This document shows positions 40,186-49,687 of a DNA stretch of 64,000 nucleotides, in pieces. The notes under the pieces are model-generated. The model searched no databases, was not told the origin of the DNA, and worked only from the letters and a program-made list of their open reading frames with translations. The DNA is taken from assembly GCA_046051865.1 (NCBI GenBank), contig JBJONL010000058.1:41916-105915 (forward strand), given 5' to 3'. The position numbers were made by a program, and so were the translations under genes. This DNA comes from Bacteroidota bacterium (GTDB lineage: Bacteria; Bacteroidota; Bacteroidia; Flavobacteriales; Flavobacteriaceae). How positions within the stretch are numbered: position 1 is the first letter of the stretch; each line of letters opens with the position of its first letter.

Positions 40186-40878
40186 TTAAGCTTCAGTTTC
40201 TTCGCTAGCTTCTTCAGCAGCTGGTGCTTCCTCAACAGCAGGAGCCTCTTCAGCAACTACCTCAGCAGCAGGAGCCTCTTCAACAGCTGGTGCTTCTTCA
40301 GCAACAACTTCAGCAGCAGGAGCCTCTTCAGCAGCAAGAGCTTCTACTACAGCCGGTGCCTCTTCAGCAACTACTTCTGCAGTTTCTTCAACAGCAACCT
40401 CTTCAGCAACTTCCTCTTCTACTTTTGCAGCTTCAACAGCGGCAGCAGCACGTTTGTCATTAGCCACTTTTTCTGCTTTCAAAGCTTTCGCTTTTTCTGC
40501 TTCTTGCGCTTTTGTCAAACCTTCTTTCTTAGCCGTTACTTTGTTAGCTTTATCTTCCAGCCATTTAGCCAATTTAGCATCAGCTTGCTCTTGAGTCAAC
40601 GCTCCTTTACGAACTCCTCCATCAAGGTGGTGTTTCATTAAAGCTCCTTTGTAAGAAAGGATTGCTCTAGCAGTATCGGTTGGTTGAGCTCCATTGTGTA
40701 ACCACTGAACTGCTTGGTCAAGGTTTAAATCAATAGTAGCAGGATTGGTGTTTGGATTGTAAATACCTAGTTTTTCTAAGAATCTACCATCTCTTTTTGA
40801 ACGAGCATCAGCAGCTACGATCCAATAAAAAGGTTTCCCTTTTTTTCCGTGTCTTTGTAATCTAATTTTTACTGACAT
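40186..40878 (-). CDS. rpsP: 30S ribosomal protein S16 with a long Ala/Glu C-terminal tail
   Basis: MSVKIRLQRHGKK..PFY.IVAADARSKRDG. Confidence 0.97.
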   Translation of the reverse strand: MSVKIRLQRHGKKGKPFYWIVAADARSKRDGRFLEKLGIYNPNTNPATIDLNLDQAVQWLHNGAQPTDTARAILSYKGALMKHHLDGGVRKGALTQEQADAKLAKWLEDKANKVTAKKEGLTKAQEAEKAKALKAEKVANDKRAAAAVEAAKVEEEVAEEVAVEETAEVVAEEAPAVVEALAAEEAPAAEVVAEEAPAVEEAPAAEVVAEEAPAVEEAPAAEEASEETEA

Positions 40879-40934
40879 AATCTATTTTGATTAATTTGAG
40901 GTTCTCGACCTCGTTATTTAAGGGCGCAAAGATA
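40879..40934 (-). promoter_or_regulatory. rpsP promoter and leader hairpin (candidate S16 r-leader)
   Basis: TATCTTTG at 40934-40927; GAGGT-CGAGA-ACCTC hairpin at 40912-40898. Confidence 0.5.
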
Positions 40935-41078
40935 ATTTTTTTTCCCATACATCCAACCTTCTTTCCAATTTTTATTGCTGAGAAGTCACTGAACCTAAAT
41001 CTTTAAGATTATTTTTTTACAAATATGTTAGCATTTTTCCATTAAAAAACTATTTTTGTGGTGTAATACATAGAAAAT

Positions 41079-41840
41079 ATGAAAAGATTTTTGTCCCTAT
41101 TTCTAATCGCTTTAGCTTTTGTGTCTTGTCAAGAGGATTTAAAAAGTAATACTCCTGGCTTTCAGGCAATGAAAAACGATGTGTTGTGGAGAGCTAATGA
41201 CGTGAGAGCCTACGTTTCAACCAATGGTGATTTATCGATCGAAGCCTTAAACCAATTCGAGCAAGTTACCTTGAATACTAATAGTACAGATGAAGGGGTT
41301 TATATTCTAGGAACTACCGACGATTCAAATTCAGCTTCGTACGATTCAAATTTCAACGACCTGCTGTTGTCATACGCTACGAATGCAATTGAAGGACCGG
41401 TATACAGCGTGGAGTTAATCAGCAGTGGTTCAGGATATACATCCGATTGTGACTTACAAACTAACGGACAGTATACTTGTGATGCTTCACATAATACTAC
41501 TGGAGGAAGTGGTACAGGATTAACGGTTTCCGTAGTAACCAACGCTAATGGTGCTGTAACTGATGTGGTAAGAGTAGTGGCCAGAGGAAATGGTTACTTA
41601 CCCGGTGACATCGTAACCGTAACAAACGGAGACTTGAATTGTAAAGTAAAGGTTATTAACGTACAAAATAGTAATGGTGAAATCGAAATCACGGAGTTCG
41701 ATAACCTTAATATGACCATCTCAGGTAAGTTCAAATTCAATGCCGTAAACGTAGACAACAATCCGTTCGGAATACCAGTTGAAAACTTCCAGTACGGAGA
41801 GTTTTATAAGGTCCAAATTTATCCCAGCACCAAAAATTAG
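41079..41840 (+). CDS. DUF6252-like lipoprotein with an inserted Gly-rich module
   Basis: Lipobox FVSC, FQAMKNDVLWRA, C-terminal GEIEITEFD...ISGKFKFNA...FQYGEF. Confidence 0.75.
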   Translation: MKRFLSLFLIALAFVSCQEDLKSNTPGFQAMKNDVLWRANDVRAYVSTNGDLSIEALNQFEQVTLNTNSTDEGVYILGTTDDSNSASYDSNFNDLLLSYATNAIEGPVYSVELISSGSGYTSDCDLQTNGQYTCDASHNTTGGSGTGLTVSVVTNANGAVTDVVRVVARGNGYLPGDIVTVTNGDLNCKVKVINVQNSNGEIEITEFDNLNMTISGKFKFNAVNVDNNPFGIPVENFQYGEFYKVQIYPSTKN

Positions 41841-41959
41841 TAAGCTATAATTTAAACCATCTTCGGATGGTTTTTTTATTTAATGTAATAAAGTCCAAAT
41901 TAATAGCGGTTTACATATTTAATTGAGTTACCTTTGTCATTGAATTTTAAATATAAAAT

Positions 41960-42334
41960 ATGAACATTTTTGTTGGGAGTCTTCCGTTTAGTATAGACGA
42001 AGCAGATTTAAGAGAATCTTTCGGGGTTTATGGTACGGTTAATTCCGTGAAAATTATTACTGATAAATTTACTGGAAGAAGTAAAGGATTCGGTTTCGTT
42101 GAAATGGAAAATGATGAAGAAGCTGAAAAAGCAATTCAAGAATTGAATGGTGCTACTGTGGAAGGACGTACGATTGTTGTGAATAAATCAGAACCAAAAC
42201 CAGAAGGCGAAAGAAGAACTTTTAACAACAACCGTTCAGGCGGTGGTGGTTATAACGGTGGTGGAAACTCACGTGGTGGCGGAAGCTACAGCGGTGGTGG
42301 AAACAGCGGTGGTGGAAATAGAGGAAGATACTAG
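41960..42334 (+). CDS. RRM RNA-binding protein with a Gly-rich tail
   Basis: RNP2 IFVGSL, RNP1 KGFGFVEM. Confidence 0.95.
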   Translation: MNIFVGSLPFSIDEADLRESFGVYGTVNSVKIITDKFTGRSKGFGFVEMENDEEAEKAIQELNGATVEGRTIVVNKSEPKPEGERRTFNNNRSGGGGYNGGGNSRGGGSYSGGGNSGGGNRGRY

Positions 42335-42511
42335 TCTACAAGCATAATTATAAGAAAGCCAACTCCCACGAGTTGGCTTTTTTTGTTTTTGTTAATAACT
42401 AAAATTGATAACTCGACGGCGAAAATGTATTTTTGAAGTTGATACAATTACAACGTCGACCTCCTTGAAAGGAGTAGAATTTGGATTTTCTAACTTTGGA
42501 ATATACACCCT

Positions 42512-45500
42512 ATGTATTTAATCTTTGATACCGAAACAACCGGTCTACCTAAACGTTGGGGAGCACCAATCTCCGATACCGACAACTGGCCAAGATGCAT
42601 CCAAATCGCCTGGCAATTGCACGACGAGATGGGAAATCTTATCGAACATCAAGATTATCTAGTAAAACCCGAAGGGTTCAACATCCCCTACGACGCCGAA
42701 CGCATCCACGGAATCTCAACCGAATTAGCTGAATCCCAAGGAATCCCGCTTCTCGATGTACTAGAAAAATTCAATACCGCTTTAGCCAAAGCCAAATATA
42801 TTGTAGGCCAAAATGTAGGGTTCGACGTCAACATCATGGGCTGCGAATTCTACCGACTAGGAGTAAACTCTCCAATGGTGTCCATGCCTGTCCTAGATAC
42901 TTGTACCGAAGTGACCGCCGAACTCCTAAAACTACCGGGAGGAAGAGGAGGGAAGTTTAAACTGCCAACGCTAACCGAACTCCACAGCTACCTCTTCAAT
43001 AAACCGTTTGCGGAAGCCCACAATGCTACAGCCGACGTGGAAGCCACCACCCGTTGTTTCCTAGAATTAATCAGACGAGGCATCTTTACTAAAGAAGAGC
43101 TCGATGTGCCAGCGGAGTACTTCAAAGAATTCGGAGAACACAACCCGCAAGAGGTCCAACTCATCGGATTAAAACACATCAACCTGAAACAAGCCTCGGA
43201 CGAAATAAGAGCCCAATTCCAAAAGAAGGAAGCAGCCGACACGCCAAGCCAATCAGACAACCAAGTACATTCCAACCTAGTAGCAGTGGATTTCGTCCAC
43301 CTGCACAACCATACACAGTTCTCCGTACTGCAATCCACCATCAGCGTCAAAGATCTAGTAGCCGCCGCCATCAAAAACAAGATGCCAGCCGTTGCCATGA
43401 CCGATCACGCCAACCTAATGGGGGCCTTTCACTTCGTACGCGACATTCTATACCATAATAAATCGGCCAAAGCCAAAAACCAAGAAGCCGAAGAGAAAGG
43501 GGAAACACCAGCAGAAACGATCATCAAACCCATAGTAGGCTGCGAATTTTATGTCTGCGACGACCTAAAAGATAAATCAAGAAAGGACAATGGTTACCAA
43601 ATCGTATTCCTAGCCAAAACCAAAAAAGGCTACCACAACCTAGCCAAACTTTCCTCCATCGCGTACACCGAAGGCTTCTATTACGTACCCCGTATCGATA
43701 GAAAAGCCATCCAAGAATTCAAAGAGGATATCATCATACTATCCGGAAACCTCTATGGCGAAATCCCAAGCAAAGTACTCAACATAGGCGAAAACCAAGC
43801 CGAAGAAGCACTCCTCTGGTGGAAAGAAATATTTGGAGAGGATTTCTATATCGAACTCATGCGCCACAACCAAGAGGATGAAAACCGCGTCAATGCTTCT
43901 TTAATTACTCTGGCCAAAAAACACAACGTAAAAACAGTAGCGACCAATAATGTCTTCTACATCAATAAAGAAGATGCTAACGCCCACGATATCCTGCTCT
44001 GTGTACGAGACGGTGAAAAACAAGCCACGCCTATAGGAAGAGGACGAGGCTATCGCTACGGGTTCGACAACCAAGAATACTATTTCAAATCGGGCGACGA
44101 AATGAAAAAGCTGTTCCACGACCTACCGGAAGCCATTACAACCACTGAAGAAATCGTCAACAAAATCGAAATTTTCGACCTGTCACGTGAAGTGCTACTG
44201 CCGAAATTTGATATTCCATCCGAATTCCTAGTTACTGAAGACGAAACTGACGCAGGGAAACGAGGAGAGAATAAATACCTAGCCCACCTAACCTTCGAAG
44301 GGGCGAAAAGACGCTACGGGGAAATCACCACAGAGATTCAAGAACGCCTAGACTTCGAACTAAAAACCATCGAGAATACCGGCTACCCCGGCTATTTCTT
44401 AATCGTACAAGATTTCATCGCCGCTGCACGCAAAATGGACGTATCCGTCGGACCCGGTAGGGGATCAGCCGCCGGTTCCGTAGTGGCCTATTGCTTGGGG
44501 ATAACCAACATAGACCCTCTCTTATACGACCTCCTTTTTGAGCGTTTCCTAAACCCGGATCGTGTGTCTATGCCCGATATCGATATCGACTTCGATGACG
44601 AAGGACGTAGCCGCGTAATGGATTATGTAATCAATAAATACGGCTCCAAACAAGTAGCCCAAATCATTACTTACGGAACCATGGCTGCCAAGTCCTCCGT
44701 GAGAGATACCGCCCGCGTACTGGATTTGCCGCTCTTTGAAGCGGATAAAATAGCCAAACTGATTCCTACGACACTCAACTTGGCTAAAATATTCACCCTA
44801 GACAAGGAAAAACTAAAAGCAGCCCTCCGAGCCGAAGAATACGATAAAGTCAAAGAACTAATCGAATTAGCCAATGCCAACGACCTAGGTGGGGAAACCA
44901 TCCAACAAGCGAAAATATTGGAAGGAAACCTGCGCAATACCGGTATCCACGCCTGCGGAGTAATCATCACCCCCGACGATATAACCAATTTCGTTCCGGT
45001 AGCCACCGCCAAGGACTCGGATTTATATGTAACCCAATTCGATAACTCCGTAGTAGAAAGTGCTGGACTCCTAAAAATGGACTTCTTGGGTCTGAAGACC
45101 CTTACCCTTATAAAAGACACGGTTAAATTAGTGAAATACCGCACGGGCGTCGAACTAGACCCCGATGCCTTTCCGATTGACGATGTGAAGACCTACGAAC
45201 TCTTTCAAAGAGGAGAAACCGTTGGAATCTTCCAATACGAGTCGCCCGGGATGCAGAAATACCTTAAGGATTTAAAACCTACGGTTTTCGGGGACCTAAT
45301 TGCCATGAATGCCCTCTACCGTCCCGGACCATTAGAATACATCCCATCCTTCGTCCGTCGTAAAAACGGCGAAGAGGAAATTACTTATGACCTAGAAGCC
45401 AACGAAGAGTACTTAAAAGAAACGTACGGAATTACTGTATACCAAGAACAGGTAATGCTCCTGTCGCAAAAGTTGGCCAACTTCTCCAAAGGGGATGCCG

Positions 45501-47014
45501 ACGTACTGCGTAAAGCGATGGGGAAAAAGCAAAAGGACGTTCTTGATAAAATGAAGTCGAAGTTCATCGAACAAGCGGTAGCCAACGGACACGCCGAAGA
45601 AAAATTAGAGAAAATCTGGAAAGACTGGGAAGCCTTCGCACAGTATGCCTTCAATAAATCGCACTCTACTTGTTATGCTTGGATTGCCTACCAAACTGCC
45701 TATCTAAAAGCACATTATCCAGCCGAATATATGGCCGCCGTACTGTCCAATAACATGAACGATATCAAACAAGTATCCTTCTTCATGGAAGAATGTAAAC
45801 GCATGGGATTGCAGGTACTCGGACCCGATGTCAATGAAAGCTTTTACAAGTTCACGGTAAACGAAAACTATGCCGTGCGCTTCGGAATGGGTGCCATCAA
45901 AGGGGTCGGAATGGGTGCCGTAGAAACCATAGTGGTCAATAGAAAGGAAGGCGACTACAAATCCATTTTCGATCTTGCCAAACGCATCGATCTAAGAGCC
46001 GCCAATAAAAAAGCCTTCGAAAACCTAGCACTAGCCGGCGGGTTCGACTGCTTTACGGATACCCATCGTGCGCAATACTTCCACACCGATGGAGACAACA
46101 GCACCTTCTACGAAAAAGCCATACGCTACGGATCCAAATTCCAAGAGAACGAGAATTCGTCACAAGTAAGCTTATTCGGAGACGCCAGCGATGTGCAAAT
46201 CGCCGAACCGACCGTGCCCCCCTGCGAAGATTGGAGCACCATGGAAAAATTAGCCAAAGAAAAAGAGGTAGTAGGAATCTACATTTCCGGACATCCACTC
46301 GACGACTACCGCTTTGAAATGAAATATTTCTGCAACAGTAAATTGGAATACCTAAAGAACCTCGGAAGCTACGTCGGTAAAACACTTACCTTCGCCGGAA
46401 TCGTAACCAACGTCCAATACAAAACCGCCAAAAACGGAAAAGACTGGGCCATGTTTACCCTTGAAGGCTACGACGAAAGCCACGAATTCCGAATCTTCGA
46501 CGAAGAGTATCTGAAATTCCGCCATTTCTTAGTCAACAACCAATTCGTCTATTTCAAAGTAACCGTTAAAGATGGTTGGGTGAATCGTGAAACGGGTAAG
46601 AAATCCGACCCAAGAATACAGTTTTCTGATGTGAAACAACTCCAAGATGTATTGCCACAGTTTGCCAAAAAACTCAGCCTCCACTTGGATATAAACGATG
46701 TGCAACAAAGCTTTATCCAGCAACTCAACGAATTATTCTCCGCCAATAAAGGGGATAATACCGTCACCTTTGAAATCGTCGAACTAGAAAAAGTACAAAA
46801 AGCAATCGAACCGCTACCCAAAGTAGTGCTGGAAGAAGATAGCGCGGCCGACACGGAAATCCTCGATGAGGTTGAAATCGAAATCCCAGTAATAGAAGAA
46901 CAAATTCAAGTAGCCACACGCATATCAATGCCAAGCCGCAAACTAAAAGTGAGGATTTCAAATGAATTGCTAATCGAACTAGAAAAACGCAATATCAAAT
47001 TCAGTTTAAACTAA
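42512..47014 (+). CDS. dnaE: DNA polymerase III alpha with an N-terminal DEDDh exonuclease
   Basis: FDTETTG...HNATAD exonuclease, PHP domain, GPGRGSAAGS, PDIDIDF, YAFNKSH. Confidence 0.97.
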   Translation: MYLIFDTETTGLPKRWGAPISDTDNWPRCIQIAWQLHDEMGNLIEHQDYLVKPEGFNIPYDAERIHGISTELAESQGIPLLDVLEKFNTALAKAKYIVGQNVGFDVNIMGCEFYRLGVNSPMVSMPVLDTCTEVTAELLKLPGGRGGKFKLPTLTELHSYLFNKPFAEAHNATADVEATTRCFLELIRRGIFTKEELDVPAEYFKEFGEHNPQEVQLIGLKHINLKQASDEIRAQFQKKEAADTPSQSDNQVHSNLVAVDFVHLHNHTQFSVLQSTISVKDLVAAAIKNKMPAVAMTDHANLMGAFHFVRDILYHNKSAKAKNQEAEEKGETPAETIIKPIVGCEFYVCDDLKDKSRKDNGYQIVFLAKTKKGYHNLAKLSSIAYTEGFYYVPRIDRKAIQEFKEDIIILSGNLYGEIPSKVLNIGENQAEEALLWWKEIFGEDFYIELMRHNQEDENRVNASLITLAKKHNVKTVATNNVFYINKEDANAHDILLCVRDGEKQATPIGRGRGYRYGFDNQEYYFKSGDEMKKLFHDLPEAITTTEEIVNKIEIFDLSREVLLPKFDIPSEFLVTEDETDAGKRGENKYLAHLTFEGAKRRYGEITTEIQERLDFELKTIENTGYPGYFLIVQDFIAAARKMDVSVGPGRGSAAGSVVAYCLGITNIDPLLYDLLFERFLNPDRVSMPDIDIDFDDEGRSRVMDYVINKYGSKQVAQIITYGTMAAKSSVRDTARVLDLPLFEADKIAKLIPTTLNLAKIFTLDKEKLKAALRAEEYDKVKELIELANANDLGGETIQQAKILEGNLRNTGIHACGVIITPDDITNFVPVATAKDSDLYVTQFDNSVVESAGLLKMDFLGLKTLTLIKDTVKLVKYRTGVELDPDAFPIDDVKTYELFQRGETVGIFQYESPGMQKYLKDLKPTVFGDLIAMNALYRPGPLEYIPSFVRRKNGEEEITYDLEANEEYLKETYGITVYQEQVMLLSQKLANFSKGDADVLRKAMGKKQKDVLDKMKSKFIEQAVANGHAEEKLEKIWKDWEAFAQYAFNKSHSTCYAWIAYQTAYLKAHYPAEYMAAVLSNNMNDIKQVSFFMEECKRMGLQVLGPDVNESFYKFTVNENYAVRFGMGAIKGVGMGAVETIVVNRKEGDYKSIFDLAKRIDLRAANKKAFENLALAGGFDCFTDTHRAQYFHTDGDNSTFYEKAIRYGSKFQENENSSQVSLFGDASDVQIAEPTVPPCEDWSTMEKLAKEKEVVGIYISGHPLDDYRFEMKYFCNSKLEYLKNLGSYVGKTLTFAGIVTNVQYKTAKNGKDWAMFTLEGYDESHEFRIFDEEYLKFRHFLVNNQFVYFKVTVKDGWVNRETGKKSDPRIQFSDVKQLQDVLPQFAKKLSLHLDINDVQQSFIQQLNELFSANKGDNTVTFEIVELEKVQKAIEPLPKVVLEEDSAADTEILDEVEIEIPVIEEQIQVATRISMPSRKLKVRISNELLIELEKRNIKFSLN

Positions 47015-47126
47015 GTATCACTTCTTTCAATGAATTGATAGCCAAAACTGATTTTTTTTAGGAGTATAACCAAAATAAATTGCCTAATTTTGGCAGTAAT
47101 TAGAATAATTTAAAAAATAAAAAAAT

Positions 47127-47444
47127 ATGGCTTTAGCAATTACTGATGCTACTTTTGATGAAGTAGTATTAAAATCAGATAAACCAGTGGTAGTAGATTT
47201 TTGGGCAGCTTGGTGCGGTCCATGTCGTATGGTAGGTCCAGTTATTGACGAAATTTCCTCAGAATACGAAGGAAAAGCAGTTGTAGGTAAAGTGGATGTA
47301 GACGCCAACCAAGAATTTGCCGCTAAATACGGAGTGCGTAACATTCCAACCGTATTGGTATTCCAAAACGGAGAAGTGGTAGGACGTCAAGTAGGCGTAG
47401 CTCCTAAAAAAACCTATACCGATGCCATCGACGCATTACTATAA
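47127..47444 (+). CDS. trxA: Thioredoxin
   Basis: WCGPC. Confidence 0.97.
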   Translation: MALAITDATFDEVVLKSDKPVVVDFWAAWCGPCRMVGPVIDEISSEYEGKAVVGKVDVDANQEFAAKYGVRNIPTVLVFQNGEVVGRQVGVAPKKTYTDAIDALL

Positions 47445-47531
47445 TACAGTATAATTTTATGAAAAAGGTTTGACGTTAGTCAAACCTTTTTTTTTACATT
47501 TAAATTCAAATTTTCAATTTACCTTTGATAC

Positions 47532-48458
47532 ATGAAGATAGAAGAACAAAAAGAAGTCGTATCCGGATTTAAGCACCTTGAATTACTAGCCAATCAAGTG
47601 GTGGAAGGTTTCATCTCTGGGATGCACAAATCTCCTTTTCATGGGTTCTCAGCCGAGTTCGCCGAACATAAAGTCTACAACGCCGGGGAAAGTACCAAAC
47701 ACATCGATTGGAAATTATTTGCTAAAACGGACCGACTCTATACCAAGCGCTTCGAAGAGGAAACCAACCTCCGGTGCCACTTAATCATCGACAATTCGTC
47801 TTCTATGCATTACCCCAAGTTGAAAGCAGACGAACTATTTTACCACAATAAAATCGGATTTTCAGTATTGGCCTCGGCCGTACTCATGAACCTGTTAAAG
47901 AAGCAACGTGATGCAGTGGGACTGAGCGTATACTCAGATACCTACGAGTATTATGCCCCCGAAAAAGGCAGCGACCGCCACCACCGCATGATCCTAAACA
48001 AATTAGAAGGCCTACTAGAAAATCCTAAAGTGTCCAAAAGCACCGATACCGTAACCTTCTTACACCAAATAGCCGAAAAAATACACCGCCGCTCTATGAT
48101 CATATTGTTTACCGATATGTTCCAAACCGGCAATAACGAAGCGTTATTCAACGCCCTACAGCATTTAAAACACAACAAACATAAAGTAGTGGTCTTCCAC
48201 GTCATCGATAAAAAAACCGAAATCAACTTCAATTTCGATAACGCACCCCGCAAATTCATCGACCTAGAAACCGGAGAAGAAATAAATATCTTCGCCGATA
48301 GCGTCAAAGAAGCCTACGAAGAGAAAATAAAAACCTATTTCAAATCCCTAGCCATGACCTGCGCCCAAAACAAAATAAAGTACGTTCCCGTGGCCGTGGA
48401 GGAAAGTTTTGAAAAGATTTTGACTACATACTTGGTTGAGAAACAAATGTTTGGTTAA
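47532..48458 (+). CDS. DUF58 (vWA-like) protein
   Basis: GMHKSPFHGFSAEFAEH, IDWK, FEEETN, IDNSSSM. Confidence 0.92.
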   Translation: MKIEEQKEVVSGFKHLELLANQVVEGFISGMHKSPFHGFSAEFAEHKVYNAGESTKHIDWKLFAKTDRLYTKRFEEETNLRCHLIIDNSSSMHYPKLKADELFYHNKIGFSVLASAVLMNLLKKQRDAVGLSVYSDTYEYYAPEKGSDRHHRMILNKLEGLLENPKVSKSTDTVTFLHQIAEKIHRRSMIILFTDMFQTGNNEALFNALQHLKHNKHKVVVFHVIDKKTEINFNFDNAPRKFIDLETGEEINIFADSVKEAYEEKIKTYFKSLAMTCAQNKIKYVPVAVEESFEKILTTYLVEKQMFG

Positions 48459-48544
48459 TTACAATAAAAAGTCTTGCGTTTTTTATTAAAAAAAAGTTGC
48501 AGATGTCAAAAACGGTTGTATATTTGCAACCGCAATTAAGCGAT

Positions 48545-48618
48545 GGTTTGGTAGTTCAGTTGGTTAGAATACATGCCTGTCACGCATGGGGTCGCGGGTT
48601 CGAGTCCCGTCCAGACCG
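48545..48618 (+). tRNA. tRNA-Asp(GTC)
   Basis: Cloverleaf GGTTTGG...CCAGACC, anticodon loop CTGTCAC, GGTTCGAGTCC; TATATTTG promoter upstream. Confidence 0.97.
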
Positions 48619-48629
48619 CTAAAATTGGG

Positions 48630-48659
48630 AAAAGCACTTTGGAAACAAAGTGCTTTTTT
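48630..48659 (+). terminator. Hairpin/terminator after tRNA-Asp
   Basis: aaaagcactttg-gaaa-caaagtgctttt. Confidence 0.75.
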
Positions 48660-48720
48660 GCCCAAAAAAGCATTTAAGATTAGTTGTGTTGTTTTGCTAC
48701 GACTTTGTAACTCGTAGCGC

Positions 48721-48737
48721 GGTTTAGTAGTTAGACC
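48721..48737 (+). pseudogene. Probable collapsed remnant of a second tRNA-Asp
   Basis: GGTTTAGTAGTT (11/12 match to the tRNA 5' end) fused to AGACC (3' end), followed by a terminator. Confidence 0.5.
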
Positions 48738-48836
48738 AATGAAAAGCTTTCCACTTTATTGTGGATGGCTTTTTTGATTTATAGAACTCTCCAATACCAT
48801 TCCTTCTCTTGTAATTCCCGCGAACGCGTGAACCCG

Positions 48837-48940
48837 AGGCACGGACTGCAAGTCCGCGCCATCAGGGTGCTGATTTAAAGGTTTTGATGGTTTATTTATT
48901 TTAAAAGTAGGCACGGACTACAAGTCCGCGCCATCAGGGT
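48837..48940. repeat. Two 32-bp REP-like direct repeats
   Basis: AGGCACGGACTRCAAGTCCGCGCCATCAGGGT at 48837 and 48909, with an internal CGGACT/AGTCCG hairpin. Confidence 0.85.
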
Positions 48941-49307
48941 TGTCAAAATCCCGTTTGATTTCTATTCTCAGGAAGATGCTGCGTGGCCCTTGTATGAAAC
49001 TCTTACTTGCTGTTCATGCCTAGTATGACTCTTAAAATACATTTATGTTCTACTGTACCTTTAAATTACGATACAACCCTATAGTTTTAGATTCTTAATT
49101 CCTTTTGTTTTCTTTAGCCTCATAAATACTCATTGTATAGTTGCCTAATAGTTAAGGTTGTTTTGCTTTTACGGCAATAGAGATCAAATACTAAAAATAG
49201 TTTTTTTGAATTTTAATAAGGTTAAGAAACAACAGGAATTAATCCGATAATCGTGTTCTCCTGCTACACGTTTAGGAACATTGGTTTTTTTTATCTATTT
49301 TTGAATC

Positions 49308-49685
49308 ATGATGAAGAAAATAATACAATTCTCTTTTATAGCCTTGCTCCTAGGGTGCCTTAGCAACAATCTTACGGCGCAAGAAAAAGCATCCACTGAC
49401 CCCGATGGACCAATGAAAGAAGTCCTGTTTAAAAAATACAAAAGAGAAGCGCAGACCTACGATAAAAAAGAGTTTGACGCCCTGTTCTTTGAGTTTTTCC
49501 AAAAACAAAAAGACCCAAACATCACCCTAACCAAAGAAGAATTCTATACTTATACAGTCAAAATTGCCGCCTATTCTGAAAAATTAGGAATCTTATACAA
49601 AGACCAAAAAGAAGAAGCGCAACGCACCAAAAAAGAATGGCTCGATAAAAGCTATAGTGATTACCTACTCTCTAAAAAGCACTAA
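49308..49685 (+). CDS. Hypothetical secreted helical protein
   Basis: Signal peptide ending TAQ, Lys/Glu-rich. Confidence 0.7.
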   Translation: MMKKIIQFSFIALLLGCLSNNLTAQEKASTDPDGPMKEVLFKKYKREAQTYDKKEFDALFFEFFQKQKDPNITLTKEEFYTYTVKIAAYSEKLGILYKDQKEEAQRTKKEWLDKSYSDYLLSKKH

Positions 49686-49687
49686 TC

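Noticed and set aside
40174-40641. Ser/Phe-rich and Gln-rich plus-strand ORFs (40174-40641, 40224-40463)
   Set aside because: Antisense shadows of the repetitive S16 tail
42512-47014. Intein in the unusually long DnaE
   Set aside because: The extra length is explained by the N-terminal exonuclease and linkers; no intein splice or LAGLIDADG motifs seen
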